In this document: positions 43,715 through 55,450 of the stretch, one piece after another | Layout of the letters: each line of letters begins with the position of its first letter | Position numbering within the stretch: position 1 is the first letter of the stretch | Source of the DNA: an uncultured Hormoscilla sp. | GTDB lineage: Bacteria; Cyanobacteriota; Cyanobacteriia; Cyanobacteriales; Desertifilaceae | Assembly (NCBI GenBank): GCA_963921275.4 | Contig: OZ001293.3 | Span: forward strand, 736,001 to 800,000 | Direction: 5' to 3' | Length of the DNA: 64,000 bases | Translations under genes and position numbers: made by a program | The notes under the pieces: model-generated | The model's database searches: none | The model's input: the letters and a program-made list of their open reading frames with translations, nothing else | What the model was told of the DNA's origin: nothing

Positions 43715-44263
43715 ATGAAAATTGAGGCGACTGATATTAAGGATGTGTCGATCCTGAAACCGAAAGTCTTTGGAGACGATCGCGGATTCTTTTATGAAAG
43801 TTATAACCAGCGGGTTTTTGCGGAAAAGACTGGTTTGTCGGTGGGGTTTGTCCAGGATAATCATTCTCGTTCTGCGGAGGGGGTCTTGCGGGGGCTGCAT
43901 TATCAAATTCAACAGCCTCAAGGAAAGTTGGTGCGGGTAGTTAGGGGTGAGGTGTTCGATGTAGCGGTGGACATCAGAAAAAGCAGCCCATATTTCGGCA
44001 AGTGGGTGGGTTGCTTGTTGAGTGCTGATAATCACCGACAACTGTGGATCCCGGCGGGGTTTGCCCACGGCTTTTTGGTTGTTTCGGAAGTGGCGGAAAT
44101 GCTGTACAAGACTACTGACTATTACGCTCCTAACCACGAACGCTGTATAATCTGGAATGACCCAGATTTGGCAATTGATTGGCCCCTAGGGGGGAAAACG
44201 CCCGTACTATCGGGAAAAGATTTTGCTGGGTTACCTTTTAAGTCGGCAGAGGTTTTCCCATGA
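43715..44263 (+). CDS. rfbC: dTDP-4-dehydrorhamnose 3,5-epimerase
   Basis: 'DDRGFFYES', 'QDNHSRS..GVLRGLHYQ', 'GFAHGF'. Confidence 0.95.
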   Translation: MKIEATDIKDVSILKPKVFGDDRGFFYESYNQRVFAEKTGLSVGFVQDNHSRSAEGVLRGLHYQIQQPQGKLVRVVRGEVFDVAVDIRKSSPYFGKWVGCLLSADNHRQLWIPAGFAHGFLVVSEVAEMLYKTTDYYAPNHERCIIWNDPDLAIDWPLGGKTPVLSGKDFAGLPFKSAEVFP

Positions 44264-45144
44264 AACGGATTTTACTACTTGGGGTTAACGGTCAGTTGGG
44301 TCAAGAATTGTCTCGCACTCTCACCTCTATGGGTGATGTGACGGGAGTGGGTCGCGAAACGGTGGACTTGGAACGACCAGATGATATTCGTCGGGTGATG
44401 CAGGAGATGAAGCCGGACTTGGTGGTGAATGCTGCTGCTTATACTGCTGTAGATAAGGCGGAACAGGAACCGGAACGGGCGATCGCGATCAATGGGACGG
44501 CCTCTGGGATCCTGGCAGAGGGGGCTGTTTCTTTGGAGTCTACTCTGGTTCACATTTCGACTGACTACGTGTTTGATGGCAATTATAACTGCCCTTACCG
44601 GGAAACTGACTCTCCTAATCCTATGAATGTCTATGGTGAGTCTAAACTGAAGGGGGAGTTGGCGATTCAAGCCTCTGGTGTTAACTATATTATTCTCAGA
44701 ACTGCCTGGGTTTATGGTGCTGGTCCCACTGGCAACTTTGTCAAAACTATGCTCAGATTGGGGGCCCAACGGGATGAACTCCGCGTGGTTTACGACCAAG
44801 TTAGTAGCCCCACTTGGACTCGCCATCTCGCAGGGGCGATCGCCTCTTTAATTGCCAAAGAAGCAGCAGGGGGCATTTACCATTATACTAACAGTGGTGT
44901 TGCCAGTTGGTATGACTTTGCTGTGGCGATTTTTGCGGAGGCGAAAGAGTTAGGTTTTCCTCTGAAGGTGCAGCAGGTGATTCCCATTACTACTGCTGAA
45001 TATCCGACTCCCGCACGCCGCCCTCCTTATTCTGTCCTAAACATTGGCAAAATCTCCTCTGTTTTGGGTGGGCCTCCTCTTCATTGGCGAAATGCCCTGC
45101 GGGAAATGCTCCCCGAACTGATTTCAGTTATCAGCGATCAATGA
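44260..45144 (+). CDS. rfbD: dTDP-4-dehydrorhamnose reductase
   Basis: 'GVNGQLG', 'NAAAYTAVDKAE', 'STDYVFDG', 'YGESK'. Confidence 0.95.
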   Translation: MKRILLLGVNGQLGQELSRTLTSMGDVTGVGRETVDLERPDDIRRVMQEMKPDLVVNAAAYTAVDKAEQEPERAIAINGTASGILAEGAVSLESTLVHISTDYVFDGNYNCPYRETDSPNPMNVYGESKLKGELAIQASGVNYIILRTAWVYGAGPTGNFVKTMLRLGAQRDELRVVYDQVSSPTWTRHLAGAIASLIAKEAAGGIYHYTNSGVASWYDFAVAIFAEAKELGFPLKVQQVIPITTAEYPTPARRPPYSVLNIGKISSVLGGPPLHWRNALREMLPELISVISDQ

Positions 45145-45224
45145 ATTAAGAAACCTTGTATCCCCTACTTACTAGGTTATATTGCGATTGCGACTTGGAG
45201 TCCTGATTGTCTCGGTCTAAATTT

Positions 45225-46241
45225 ACGTGAGTTCGACGGACTGGACAAAAAAAAAAGGCGGAGACTGGGTTTGAACCATTCCACCCCAGTCTGAACCCAC
45301 CATGAGTCAAATTGTATCGCGCCTGGATGTCACCCGCATCTTCTGTGAACTAGACGACTTCTGCCAAATGTTCGATTTTTCCGGAACGGTGCGCCACTGG
45401 GAAGAACAACCGCAACTGCCCTCCATGCCTGGGGAACGATGCTGTCGTTCGCGCATGAGCCTCTCAGAAATTATGACGATTGCCATCGCTTTTCATGGCT
45501 CGGGCTTCCGTACGTTCAAAGAGTTTTACACCCTGTGTGTTCTCCCCCATTGGCGCGGAGCCTTTCCCAACTTGGTCAGCTATAATCGCTTTGTGGAATT
45601 GATGCCGTGGTGTCTAATGCTATGAAGTTGTTTTCTTCATACTCGAAAAGGAGAAGTTACAGGCATTTCCTTTGTTGATTCTACACCCATAGAAGTTTGT
45701 CACCCTCGTCGTGCTCATAACCATAAGGTGTTCAAAGGGCTAGTCCACTGGGGGAAAAGCTCAACTGGCTGGCATTTCGGATTTAAATTGCATTTGATTA
45801 TCAACGAGCGCGGAGAGTTACTAGCCTTCAAGCTCACGCCAGCCAACACTGACGACCGTAAACCTGTACCAGAGATGGCTCAAGACTTGTTTGGAAAACT
45901 GTTTGGAGACCGGGGATATGTCTTGAGAGACCTATTCGAGAAATTATACGAACAAGGTCTCAAATTGCTAAATCGAAGCGAAATATGAAAAATCGCTTGA
46001 TGAAAACGAGCGATAAAATCCGGCTCCGGAAGCGGGCCGTCATTGAATCGGTCAACGACCAACTCAAGAACATCTGTCAAATCGAGCATTCTCGCCACCG
46101 AAGTGTCTTCAACTTCTTGGTCAACCTGCTGGCTGGCTTGGTGGCCTACACCGACGCCGATAAAAAACCTCGCCTCGTTCTGGAGGTCAAAGGCTTACCA
46201 GCACTACCTCCTGCCATTTTCTAGTTTCGTCGAACTCACGT
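45225..46241 (+). mobile_element. IS982-family element with a disrupted transposase
   Basis: TIRs ACGTGAGTTCGACG / CGTCGAACTCACGT; ORF pieces 45302-46224 with a stop and a frameshift; no matching TSD. Confidence 0.88.
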
Positions 46242-46764
46242 TACATTTTTGCCTACATGAGAGATAACGACTCCCACCGTCCCAGGGGGGATTTCCGTTA
46301 ACGGCACTTCTTCAACTTGAACGAACCAAGGGTTAAGACTCCAAGAACCTTCTTGCAGAAATTCTTCCTGCAAACCTCGGTAGCCCCCTGCATCAATGAA
46401 CTTTTGCCCATTTTGGAATGTGTAGTGTCCTTGGATGAACGGACCAGCTATCTCATTTTCTGGAAGAGGCATGCCGTAGAGAGTAGTTACGATCCCGATC
46501 ATATTTCTCCCTACCGTATATACCTTCATATCTTCAGGCTTTATCCCATATTCGGTAGCACGGGCCGCTGTTACAATCGTAAACAATGCCGTATTAATTT
46601 GGTATTCACCAGCCCTCAAAATAGCCAATTGTTCCCCACGCTGTCCTCCATTGGTAATGAATGCTCGTGCGTCTTGGAAGTTATTGCATTCAACAACCTT
46701 ACCAAGAATTCGTTCATCTGGTAGCGGGGCACCATCGTGGGCGATTACTAGAGCAATTTCTCTT

Positions 46765-47282
46765 GGCGGAACCTTGACCGTGGGTACTCTGCGAACCTTG
46801 AACAATGCAGTATTTATTTGGTAAGTTCCAGCTTTAAGGATAGCTAGTTGCTGACCTCTCTGCCCCCCATTCTTAATAAATGCTTCTGCATCCTGGAAGT
46901 CATTGCACTCAACAACTTTACCAAAGTTTTGACCCGGAGGTAGGGCAGCACCATTTTTCGCCTCGACTATGCCAACTTCACTTGCTTCAATCTGGATGAC
47001 GTTATTTTCTGTTATACTCTCAGGCGGAACCTTGACCGTGGGTACTCTGCGAACCTCGAACAATGCAGTATTTATTTGGTAAGTTCCAGCTTTAAGGATA
47101 GCTAGTTGCTGACCTCTCTGCCCCCCATTCTTAATAAATGCTTCTGCATCCTGGAAGTCATTGCACTCAACAACTTTACCAAAGTTTTGACCCGGAGGTA
47201 GGGCAGCACCATCTTTCGCCTCGACTATGCCAACTTCACTTGCTTCAATCCGGATGACGTTATTTTCTGTTATACTCTCAGG
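46765..47282. repeat. 258-bp (86-codon) tandem duplication x2
   Basis: 46767-47024 vs 47025-47282 differ at about three positions. Confidence 0.92.
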
Positions 47283-47603
47283 AGGTTTGAGGAAATTGGT
47301 TCAGTTGATTGAGTGTTTTGGTTCGGATCTTTTGAACCTGTCTGCTTAATCTGAAGCTTTGCCAGGATCTCAAAGGCGAAGGCACTGGCATGAGCGGAAG
47401 ATTTTTCCTGTCGATCCCGTTCCGATTCTAAAAAATCGTCATTTTTGCCCTCAATTAAGTCGGAAATACCTCTAATCACGATAGCCTTAATATTGGGGTA
47501 GGCAAAGGCGGCGCTCAGGAAACCAAAACCTTCCATCTCAACCGCGATCGCGTCGTTATAACTTTCTCTCAGAAATTTGAAAATCTTTGACTGTTTGGAG
47601 GCA

Positions 47604-48530
47604 GTGCGATTCGTTCCGGCATAAGCCAGTAGGTGAAAGTCGGGTCTGGCTCTATCAGCCAGATAACTCTGGTTATCATGGGGGTTAAATTCCCTTTCCC
47701 CAGGTACGGGGGTCGAGGGTACTACCGGTCGGAGGTGCTACGGAGCCACATCGCCGTGGTGCCTCCCGAGGACTTAAATGTAGGATAACTGGCAGCCTAA
47801 GCCGGTGACGCCGCTAGGAAAGATGCTAATGGTTAGAACAAGCGAACCTATGTAAACCTCGTTAACCAGAACCAGCGGAAGAAGGCTTATGCGCTTGCCC
47901 AAAAAGGGAAATGGTAGTTAGTATTAGCTCTTGCCTCTGGCTAATAACGTACTCAAAGAACTCTCGGGGTATAGTAGGAACCTAAAAGCATCGCGAAATG
48001 ATACCAGGGAACGGAGTAACCTCTCGTGAGCTGTCCCCATTTGGACAAGTTAGATGTAAAGCGCAAGCCACGAAGAGGAAGGATGTCCTAAGAAGCCAAC
48101 GCCCGGGGTAATGCTTGTGGATATGCAGACGTAGGACGGATATGGTAAGACACCCTTGGGAAAAGTAACCTTAATGTCACAGAACTAGGAAGAAATTCCA
48201 AAAGTACGAATCTTGGATTCAAATCTTAGCCAGGTAAAGTTCAGAGCCCCTACGAAAAGCGGAAAGCAGAATGGGGAAGATGTTAGTAAAGAGCGGCGAG
48301 TATGGTTTGCTGAACTATCCTCCGCGAACCTTCCGCAGCTCAGTACTTAAACGGTCCAATAGGATTGACCATAAGGGGTAAAATTTCAAAGGGTAAGGGA
48401 CAACGGGGGTAACCCCCAGTAATCCTACTGATGACAACAGCTTACCAACCAGTAGCCGTGTGCGGTTCCAGTCGCTCTTCAGGTTTCGCTCTTGGAGGGT
48501 TGGGGAGTGATTCCCAGCTCGACCCCGACC
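47604..48530 (+). mobile_element. ORF-less group II intron 3 (927 nt) with a damaged DV
   Basis: 5' GTGCGATTCG; 3' GACCCCGACC; EBS1 TGCCTC (47932-47937) is complementary to IBS1 GAGGCA; excision restores 'GEKVI-ASKQSK...AVEMEG'. Confidence 0.92.
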
Positions 48531-49784
48531 ATGACTTTTTCCCCGGCGGCAATGAGAGCCACAAATACATGGGGTTGCTGGCTCGAACTGCTGAGCCGTT
48601 GCAGCCATTCCTCTTTCCGTGCTTCTGCTTTCGCTCTTTGTACCAGTGCATAGCTTGACTGTCCCAAGTCAGGTCGGGTAAAGAACTGGTCTTCGTCTCC
48701 TACTTTTCCTGCCTCATAGCCGTAAACCTTCGTCCCTACGACCACATCACCGATTGTAACGTCTTTGATTCCTCCAGCAATACCCACAAACAAGAGGATG
48801 TGAGGCTGGAAGTAGGCGATCGCCCGTTCCGCTGCCGCTGCGGCCCTCGCATTACCAGCCTCAATCTCGGCAATCCCGACCTCCCATTCCTTGCCGTTGG
48901 CGATGAATTTTCCCCGTTCGTAAACGGTTCCCCCGGGATGAACATCCTCCCGTAGCTCTTTCAAATGGGTCCGGACTGCTAAATATTCGACGGGCAGGGC
49001 AGTCACTATTATGGCACGACGTTTCAATTTTTCTGCCGTTAGAGGTACTTCATCGGGAATTGATAAACTTAGTCCGTTAATATCTAACAGGCGATCGCGT
49101 CTTGGCAACTTGCTGAATTGTTCTGTCGCACCTTCGACATCTCCAATTGTAAAATTTGCCAGACCACGAGCATAAGTAATCAATAGTGGAGCGAATTCGC
49201 ATTCTTTCAAAGGTTCGGCAAAAGTTTCTACTAATGAGGATAGGCGAAATAACTCTTTCCAATTTTTCTCTTGCAACCTCAACCGGATCTTTTCCAATAA
49301 CTTGCGACTAAGTTCCGTTGGTTGAGTATAAGCAAGAGCTGTCCAATATTGTGCTTCTGCTAAATTTTTTGTGTGACTATTTTCCCCAGCAAATTTTGCG
49401 TTACATAGTTAGTCAAAAAATCCGCTAGTTTCTCCAATTGCTTTTGACCAAAACGCTCGTCCTCTTTGAGTTCTGTTAACAGCAAGTTGCGGACAGCAAT
49501 ATCCATCTCGTAAAGCTCATACCCGACCTCACGACACAAACGAGAGAGAAGTACGCGAGCAACTGCCGTCCAAGGAGCTTGGGGTACGAAGCGAAGCCAA
49601 ATTTTGTAAAGCAGGTCAGGAGTGAGTACCAGCGGAAACGCCGCATGATAAGCTAAGTCCAGGTGTGTCCGGTCGAATTCTCCGGCAAATCCGACCACAC
49701 GCTCGATAGCAATTTCACAATCCGTTGTACTCGCTTCACTCATCATGCTTACACCGTCCACCGATCGGGACGCTCCCAATAAAC

Positions 49785-50128
49785 TTAGCGTCCTCGCAAA
49801 GTATTAATAACTGCATTCAATCCCTCGCGACTCATTTCAAACATTAGCACATTACGAGCAATATCGCCAGCAGTGGTATCCTGCCAACTATCCTCGGGCA
49901 TGGGATTGAGCCAAGCGTAATAACGGACTGACTCAGCGAGCTGATTGAGGAACTTTTGGGTGTACTCAACACGCTCTGGATTGTAGTTACCTCGTGCTGC
50001 ACCTGCATCGCTGACGATTAGGACCCCTGCTTTGTCAGCAATTGATGTCAAAACCTCTGTAACTGGCTGGGCTTTGAGGCGCGTCGGGTCACTATACAGA
50101 TATTTTTCAGGATAATTGTAGAAGTAAT
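49785..50128 (-). pseudogene. C-terminal part of a vWA-domain protein
   Basis: 'YYFYNYP', 'VLIVSDAGAARG', 'WLNPMP..SW..TTA'; 5' part lost at the IS. Confidence 0.8.
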
Positions 50129-51179
50129 AGACATCTCCAAAAATAAAACCCTTGTCAGCTCTGGGTTTTAAGCTCTACCTCCCATGCTCACATATGTTAC
50201 TCAAACGGCAGAATCAGGGTTTGATAGATTTCCTGTTAATAAAGAACTCCAAAGGTGGTACTGGTTAATCTCAAGTTTTTCAGAGCTATCAACAGATTCT
50301 AATACTTCTAAAATTCGCGCAACCAACCCAACTTTTGTCGAAATTACCGATTCATATTTATCAATATTTAACCGAAATCGCTCGCTGGCAACCCGGAAAA
50401 TTTTTACCAATGACCTGTTCAACGAAAACGGGAAGAAAAATCTCTATTTTCTTCTTTTTGTTTAGCTGTTAATTCCTGTTTTTTCGGTTTGAAAAGTTTT
50501 GAGGTTCTCCAATATAGGCTTTATCCCCTGCAAAAATTTGATCTGGATCGAAAACGACGCTCGCAAGATTTATATCGCTTGCTGGGCCTCTTTCTCCAGA
50601 TACAACATCGACAAGATCTGCACGCTTCGCTACCAGGTAAAACATTGATTTTTCAAAGTATTTCTTCTTACCTGAGTAAAACTTTTTCTGCTCTTCATAG
50701 TCTTTAGGTCTTGGTATGGCTTGCGCTATCGACTATCAACTCATATTCTGTGTTTGGATAAATATTCTTCATCTTCTCCATTTTTTTTGTTCAAGTAAAC
50801 GGCAAAGCGGAAAAGATATTGCCAATAATTAAAAATATCATTAGCTGTAGATTCACTGACGCCAAAAACTATACCTAATACTTGGAATGTTAATCCTTGA
50901 CGCAGATACATCAAAGTTAAAATTATTTGCTCTTCTACTAATAATTTAGCTTTCGCCCCCACGACGTATCAATCTAGTTTTGTGTTCTTCCACATTTTCT
51001 TTATGATTTTTATCCAACTTTTTAGCAATTGCAATAAGTTGTATTAAGTTTTTATAGCTGATACCGATGAGCCGTTTTGCTTCTTTAGGCTTGGCTTGCA
51101 AATATGTCCAGGTAATACTCGTCACAAAATTAAATTTTCAAATCTTATTATAGCATAAATTTCTATTTTGGAGATGTCT
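50129..51179 (-). mobile_element. IS5-family (ISL2-like) element, degraded
   Basis: TIRs AGACATCTCCAAAA / TTTTGGAGATGTCT; HTH 'EQIILTLMYLRQGLTFQVLG..FGVSESTA'; 'IFRVASERFRL'. Confidence 0.8.
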
Positions 51180-51524
51180 GTTTAACTTTGGAACGTTGTT
51201 CCTCATCAAAACGTGCCAGTTGAGCATCGTGGAGACGACCGACTGCATCGTCAGTGTAGAGTCCATCTCTTGCCTTAGTTGTAGACTGGATGTACCAAGG
51301 TTCATAGGGTAAAACTCGTCAGCCACCGCTTGTGCCAAGCGAGTTTTACCGCATCCAGGATCCCCCTTCAACAACAATGGACGTTTCTGTAAAAAAATAG
51401 TGAGATTCACTGCCTCAATTAATGATTCCGAAGGCAAGTAAGGCTGAAGTCCATAACGTTTGTAATCCTCTGGGGAAGGTTGCTTTGTTCCCGTATAGAC
51501 GCGAGATATTACTGAATCAACCAT
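51180..51524 (-). pseudogene. N-terminal part of a MoxR AAA+ ATPase
   Basis: 'PYLPSESLIEAVN', 'RPLLLKGDPGCGKTRLA.AVA'; shifted frame 'WYIQSTTKARDGLY.DDAVGRLHDAQL'. Confidence 0.85.
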
Positions 51525-53488
51525 TTTGCTAATTTTCCTTCCCAACTAGTGCGTGTCATCAATTAAGCCATATTACAGCTGCCGCGAGGTAGATGGCACC
51601 CAAGAAATTGCGAGCCGTTTTATCGTAGCGTGTCGCCAGAGCCCTGTATTGCTTGAGTTTTTGGAATAGATTTTCAATTAGATGCCGCCACTTGTACATT
51701 TCTTCATCGTATTCTCTGTGTTCTGTGCGGTTACTTTTTGGAGGAATGACAGCCATCCAATCCGCCTCTTTCAGGCGCTCGAGCACACGTTGTTCCGCAT
51801 CATAGGCTTTATCTGCAAGCAGCGCGCCAATCTCACCGATTTTATCCAATAGCACGTCAGCGCCTTTCCCGTCGTGGGCTTGGCCAGGGGTAAGATGAAA
51901 TCCTGTGGGATTGCCTTGGGCAATCGCAAGTGGCATGAATCTTTGTCGATAGTCCCCCTTTACTACGGCCTATGGCTTGGGTTTCGCACGTATCTGAGGG
52001 TGTTTTTTTTTGCACCCGCACGCTCGTTGATGGGCACGCAGGATGGTGGCATCAATCGCGGCGTATTCGTTATCGGCGTCTGAGGCCAAGACATCGAATA
52101 CCTGCTTCCAAACTCCCTTTTCAGACCAACGGGTATGGCGGGTATGAACAACCCGAAAATCCCCAAAACACTCCGGTAAATCCCGCCAGGGAATGCCAGC
52201 ACGATATCGATATAACACGGCAGAACACGAATAATCTATTGTTCTTGGCTGTAGCGCCTGGGTCACCCTCTTTACCAGGTAAAAGGTGTTCGATCCGTTC
52301 CCACTGGTCGTCTCGCAAGCCATAGCGTCTCATATCATGCCCTCTTGATTGTTATTGCTGGATAAGGACTCCATACCGTATCCATCTACTTCTGTCAAGC
52401 AATTTGATTGATGACACACCCTAGAACCACAGTAGTAACAAATTCTTTGATAAACAAGTTCTGGAACGCCATTTTGATACTCTCCTAGCAAAGTATCGAC
52501 CAACAAACTTTCAGGTACGACTTCTGCTGCAACTGCCATTCTCAACCATTGAGAAATATGCTTTCGTGAAAATCTGGTTGTGGGAGACAAGTGCAGAGGA
52601 ACTCTGGGGTATTCCGACTGTTCGACTTGCGAAGCCAAAGGCATTCCAGATTTACATACTTTACCCTTATTATCAACTAAAAACATCACTAAGTAAGTAT
52701 CGCTTAAGTTTACGCTCTCTACAATAGGTTGCCAAAAATGTTCGATTACCTCGGGAATAAATCCTATACAAGTACGGTGAACTTCAGTAAAGATAAAAAT
52801 CAAATGCTGATTTGTCAAGCATTCAATAACTCTAGGGATAACTTGGTCTGGGGAAAAATCATTGTGGGAACCAGTCAAGTCCCTAGCAACCGCATTCCAT
52901 AGTTCAGAAATGTCAACCGGCCATTTTAATCTTGATTTGCCGACCATTCCGCAACTCTGGTAATCGAGAGAATCGAGTAACTAAAATTTCTTGTCCAAAC
53001 TTTTCTTCGCCATGAATTAAAAATGCGGCTGTTCTCTGGAGCTATTTTTGTAATCTTAGAGCGTTTGTCACCTCCTCTTGCTGTTCGTCAAAATCGATTT
53101 CAAGAATTGAATTAAAAAGTCGCCTTTCATCATATGAATATATTGGTGATTGACATTTTTGAGGCTGGTGCTGAAGCGCTTTAATTTTAGCATGCAGATC
53201 ATCCAAGCTCTTTCGACGATCGTCACCTTCAGGACAAGCTGTTGCCAAAGCCTTCACAAAAATAGGAAATATCCAGCCATATTTTTCGTGTTTATTTTCT
53301 ATAAAACTTGGTAAGTTTAATTCAAATAAACTTTCACAATCTGATCCTTGTTTGAGTTTGAAATTTACAAAATAGAGAGCTTCATGTCCTCGACAAAATG
53401 AACGGAGCCTCTGATAACTTTCAAATTGATCGCATTTCAAAATTACCTGTCTGCATAATGCATTCAGTTCATGTGGTAGTCCTTCCAC
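51509..53488 (-). pseudogene. EAD-like domain + inactive STAND (iSTAND) protein
   Basis: In-frame TAG at 53042-53044, then 'RTAAFLIHGEEKFGQEILVTR' (degenerate P-loop); frameshift ~52920; 'EHFWQPIV', 'LVMFLVD'; tail 'CGS|SWEGKLAKWLIQ*' split by IS5. Confidence 0.78.
51547..52423 (-). mobile_element. IS5-family (IS427/IS1031-type, two-ORF) element, degraded
   Basis: TIRs GCGTGTCATCAAT / ATTGATGACACAC with CTAG on both sides; 'LRDDQWERI', 'GIPWRDLPE', 'ADKAYD', 'RHLIENLFQKLKQYRALATRYDK'. Confidence 0.88.
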
Positions 53489-53490
53489 AG

Positions 53491-55440
53491 TTAAGATCCT
53501 GAAAGATTATACTGCTCCAGCAATTGCTGGGAAACCTCCAAAGCATCCTGGTAATCTCTAACTAAATTTCGAAGTTCTTGCTCGGTCCCCACGCTGAGAC
53601 AATCCTGCAAATCAGGGGGGAATTCTTCCATCTCAAAAGCTTCGTTCGTCCTTTGCGGTCCCAACTTGGCATCTACTTCAACTTGAGTCTTACCAATAAT
53701 TTCTTTTATTTCTGGTAATAAGAACCCCCGTTGCTTGCGAGCTAATACCCGAACCTGAGTCAAAGTATAACGCCAGTCAATTGCCAGCTTGCGACGCTCT
53801 TGCTCGTTAGCAAGTTCGGCATCCAGGATTTGTTCTTTAACAGCTTCCAAGAGTTCCCACCAGGGCTCATCGCGAGCAATTTCCGGTCCCCGTCGCTTTA
53901 ATGCTAATACTTGAATGATAGCATAAGAAAAATCCGCAAGCGAACTCCCACTAATATCAGTTAGCTGTCCGTTTGCGTCTATTTTCAGTGAAGTCGGCAA
54001 AATTTCATCCCTGTGGGAGCCAACTACAACCCGGTAGCCCGCTTTCAAATCTTGGAGGTTGAGATCCATCGTGGAGGAGAAAATCTCATCTTGAGAGCCT
54101 TCACGCAGTAGAAAACTCACCAATTGCCCGACAATTTTACTCACTCTCAGAGCCACAGCCCAATCAGGTCGAAGTAGCGATACTTGAGCGACTAAACCAG
54201 TTTGTTCGAGTTGAGTCATTGGATGGGGTCGAGCCGGGAATCGCTTCCCGACCCTCCCTTGAGGAACCGGACTTGCGATTTTCACCGCATCCGGCTACTG
54301 GGTACTAGGCCCTTTTCATAGGTAGACTTAATAGGAATTACTTCCGTTAGCCCTTGCCGCCTGTCTTTTCTTCCCTTTCCTGGTTTAGCGAGTGGTTGTT
54401 CTGATAACCGTTAGTATCACCATTTTCAAGTCAGTTTTACCAGTTATCCATACCTTATCCTCCACTTGCGTTTCGGATTAGTTCCGTGGCTTTTTAGGAT
54501 TACTCATTCCAGCAGCTTCCTAGTATCACCGACCCACGTCAGCGCTGGCTACCCAGCATCATCTACATTACTGTAGATGTTATCCCAGGAATTACCCCGG
54601 GCATTCGCTTCTTGGGTCATCCCTCCCCCCGTGGCTTGCGCTTAACATCTAACTTGTCCTGATGGACAGCACACGAGAGGTTACTTCGTTCCCTAACAAC
54701 ATTTCGCGATACCTTTAGGTCCACACTATACCCCGGGAGCTATTTGAGTACTATATTAGCCAGAGTCTAAAACTAATACTAGCTACCATTTCCTTTTTAG
54801 GCCAGCGCATATAGCCTTATTTCGCTGGTTCCTTATAACGAGGCTTGCACATGTTTGCCTGCTCTAACCTTGGATATCTTTCCTAGCGGCGTCACCGGCT
54901 TAGGCTGCCAGTTATCCTACATTTGAGTCCTCGCTTAGCACCACGATGATGTCGCTTCGTAGCACCGAGGACCGGTGTCACCCCCGTACCTGGGGGGAGG
55001 GGAATTTAACCCCATGCGGTCAGAGTTCCCGGCTAATGAAACCGGGCTAGCGTTCCGTGTTTGACCACGTTAGGCTAGAACGAATCGCACAAATTCTGTA
55101 AAGGTTTATCTTGCCATACTATATATTTCAAGTTGACACGCAACCAGTCAGTAGAGCGGGCAGGCAACTAGTCAGTTAAATTGATACTGAGACCCAAGCG
55201 ACAAGCCTTATTTTTTTGCACGGAGGAGATCTTGTGGAGGCTTTGGGTCGAGTAATTTGGCTGAAAAGAGCTTTCGACTGAAGAACTAAAAGTGATAAAT
55301 CCAGGTTCAGTCAGCAAACCAGCTCTGTAGAATGCTTGGGCATCGTGCAGCCTAACTAGAAAGTAGCTGTTGTTTAAATATAGGTTGCACGGGGGGTTAG
55401 GTTGCTCTGGATAGTAAATAGAACTGACACTACTTAGCAT
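53491..55440 (-). pseudogene. Hypothetical protein of the conflict operon with a sense-strand intron and a nonsense codon
   Basis: Removing 54221-55090 joins '...DKPLQNL|MTQLEQTG...'; TAG at 55168-55170. Confidence 0.75.
54221..55090 (-). mobile_element. ORF-less group II intron, copy 2 (870 nt), near-identical to copy 1
   Basis: Same termini; I saw one substitution and one C indel versus 14447-15317. Confidence 0.95.
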
Positions 55441-55450
55441 AGTTTACTCC

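Larger units (their letters stand above)
46242..49746 (-). pseudogene. Multidomain effector: vWA/MoxR-associated helical domain + purine nucleoside phosphorylase/MTA nucleosidase domain + SPFH-protein-type beta repeats
   Basis: 'AYHAAFPLVLTPDLLYKIW'; 'IIVTALPVEY', 'LFVGIAGG', 'GEKV|IAS...AVEMEG', 'IRGISD'; repeats 'VVECNDFQDA..FI.NGGQRG.Q'; frameshifts ~49385 and ~47290; intron 47604-48530; truncated by IS982. Confidence 0.75.

Noticed and set aside
46765..47282. 258-bp repeat pair as DGR TR/VR
   Set aside because: It is an adjacent in-frame tandem duplication with about three differences and no linked DGR-type RT or avd gene.
48315..48658. Short ORFs around the intron-3 boundary
   Set aside because: They overlap intron RNA and the antisense of the PNP gene and carry no recognisable motifs.
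54221..54285. N-terminus 'MKIASPVPQGRVG...' of ORF 53491-54285
   Set aside because: It is translated intron DV/DVI; the real gene starts at 55440.
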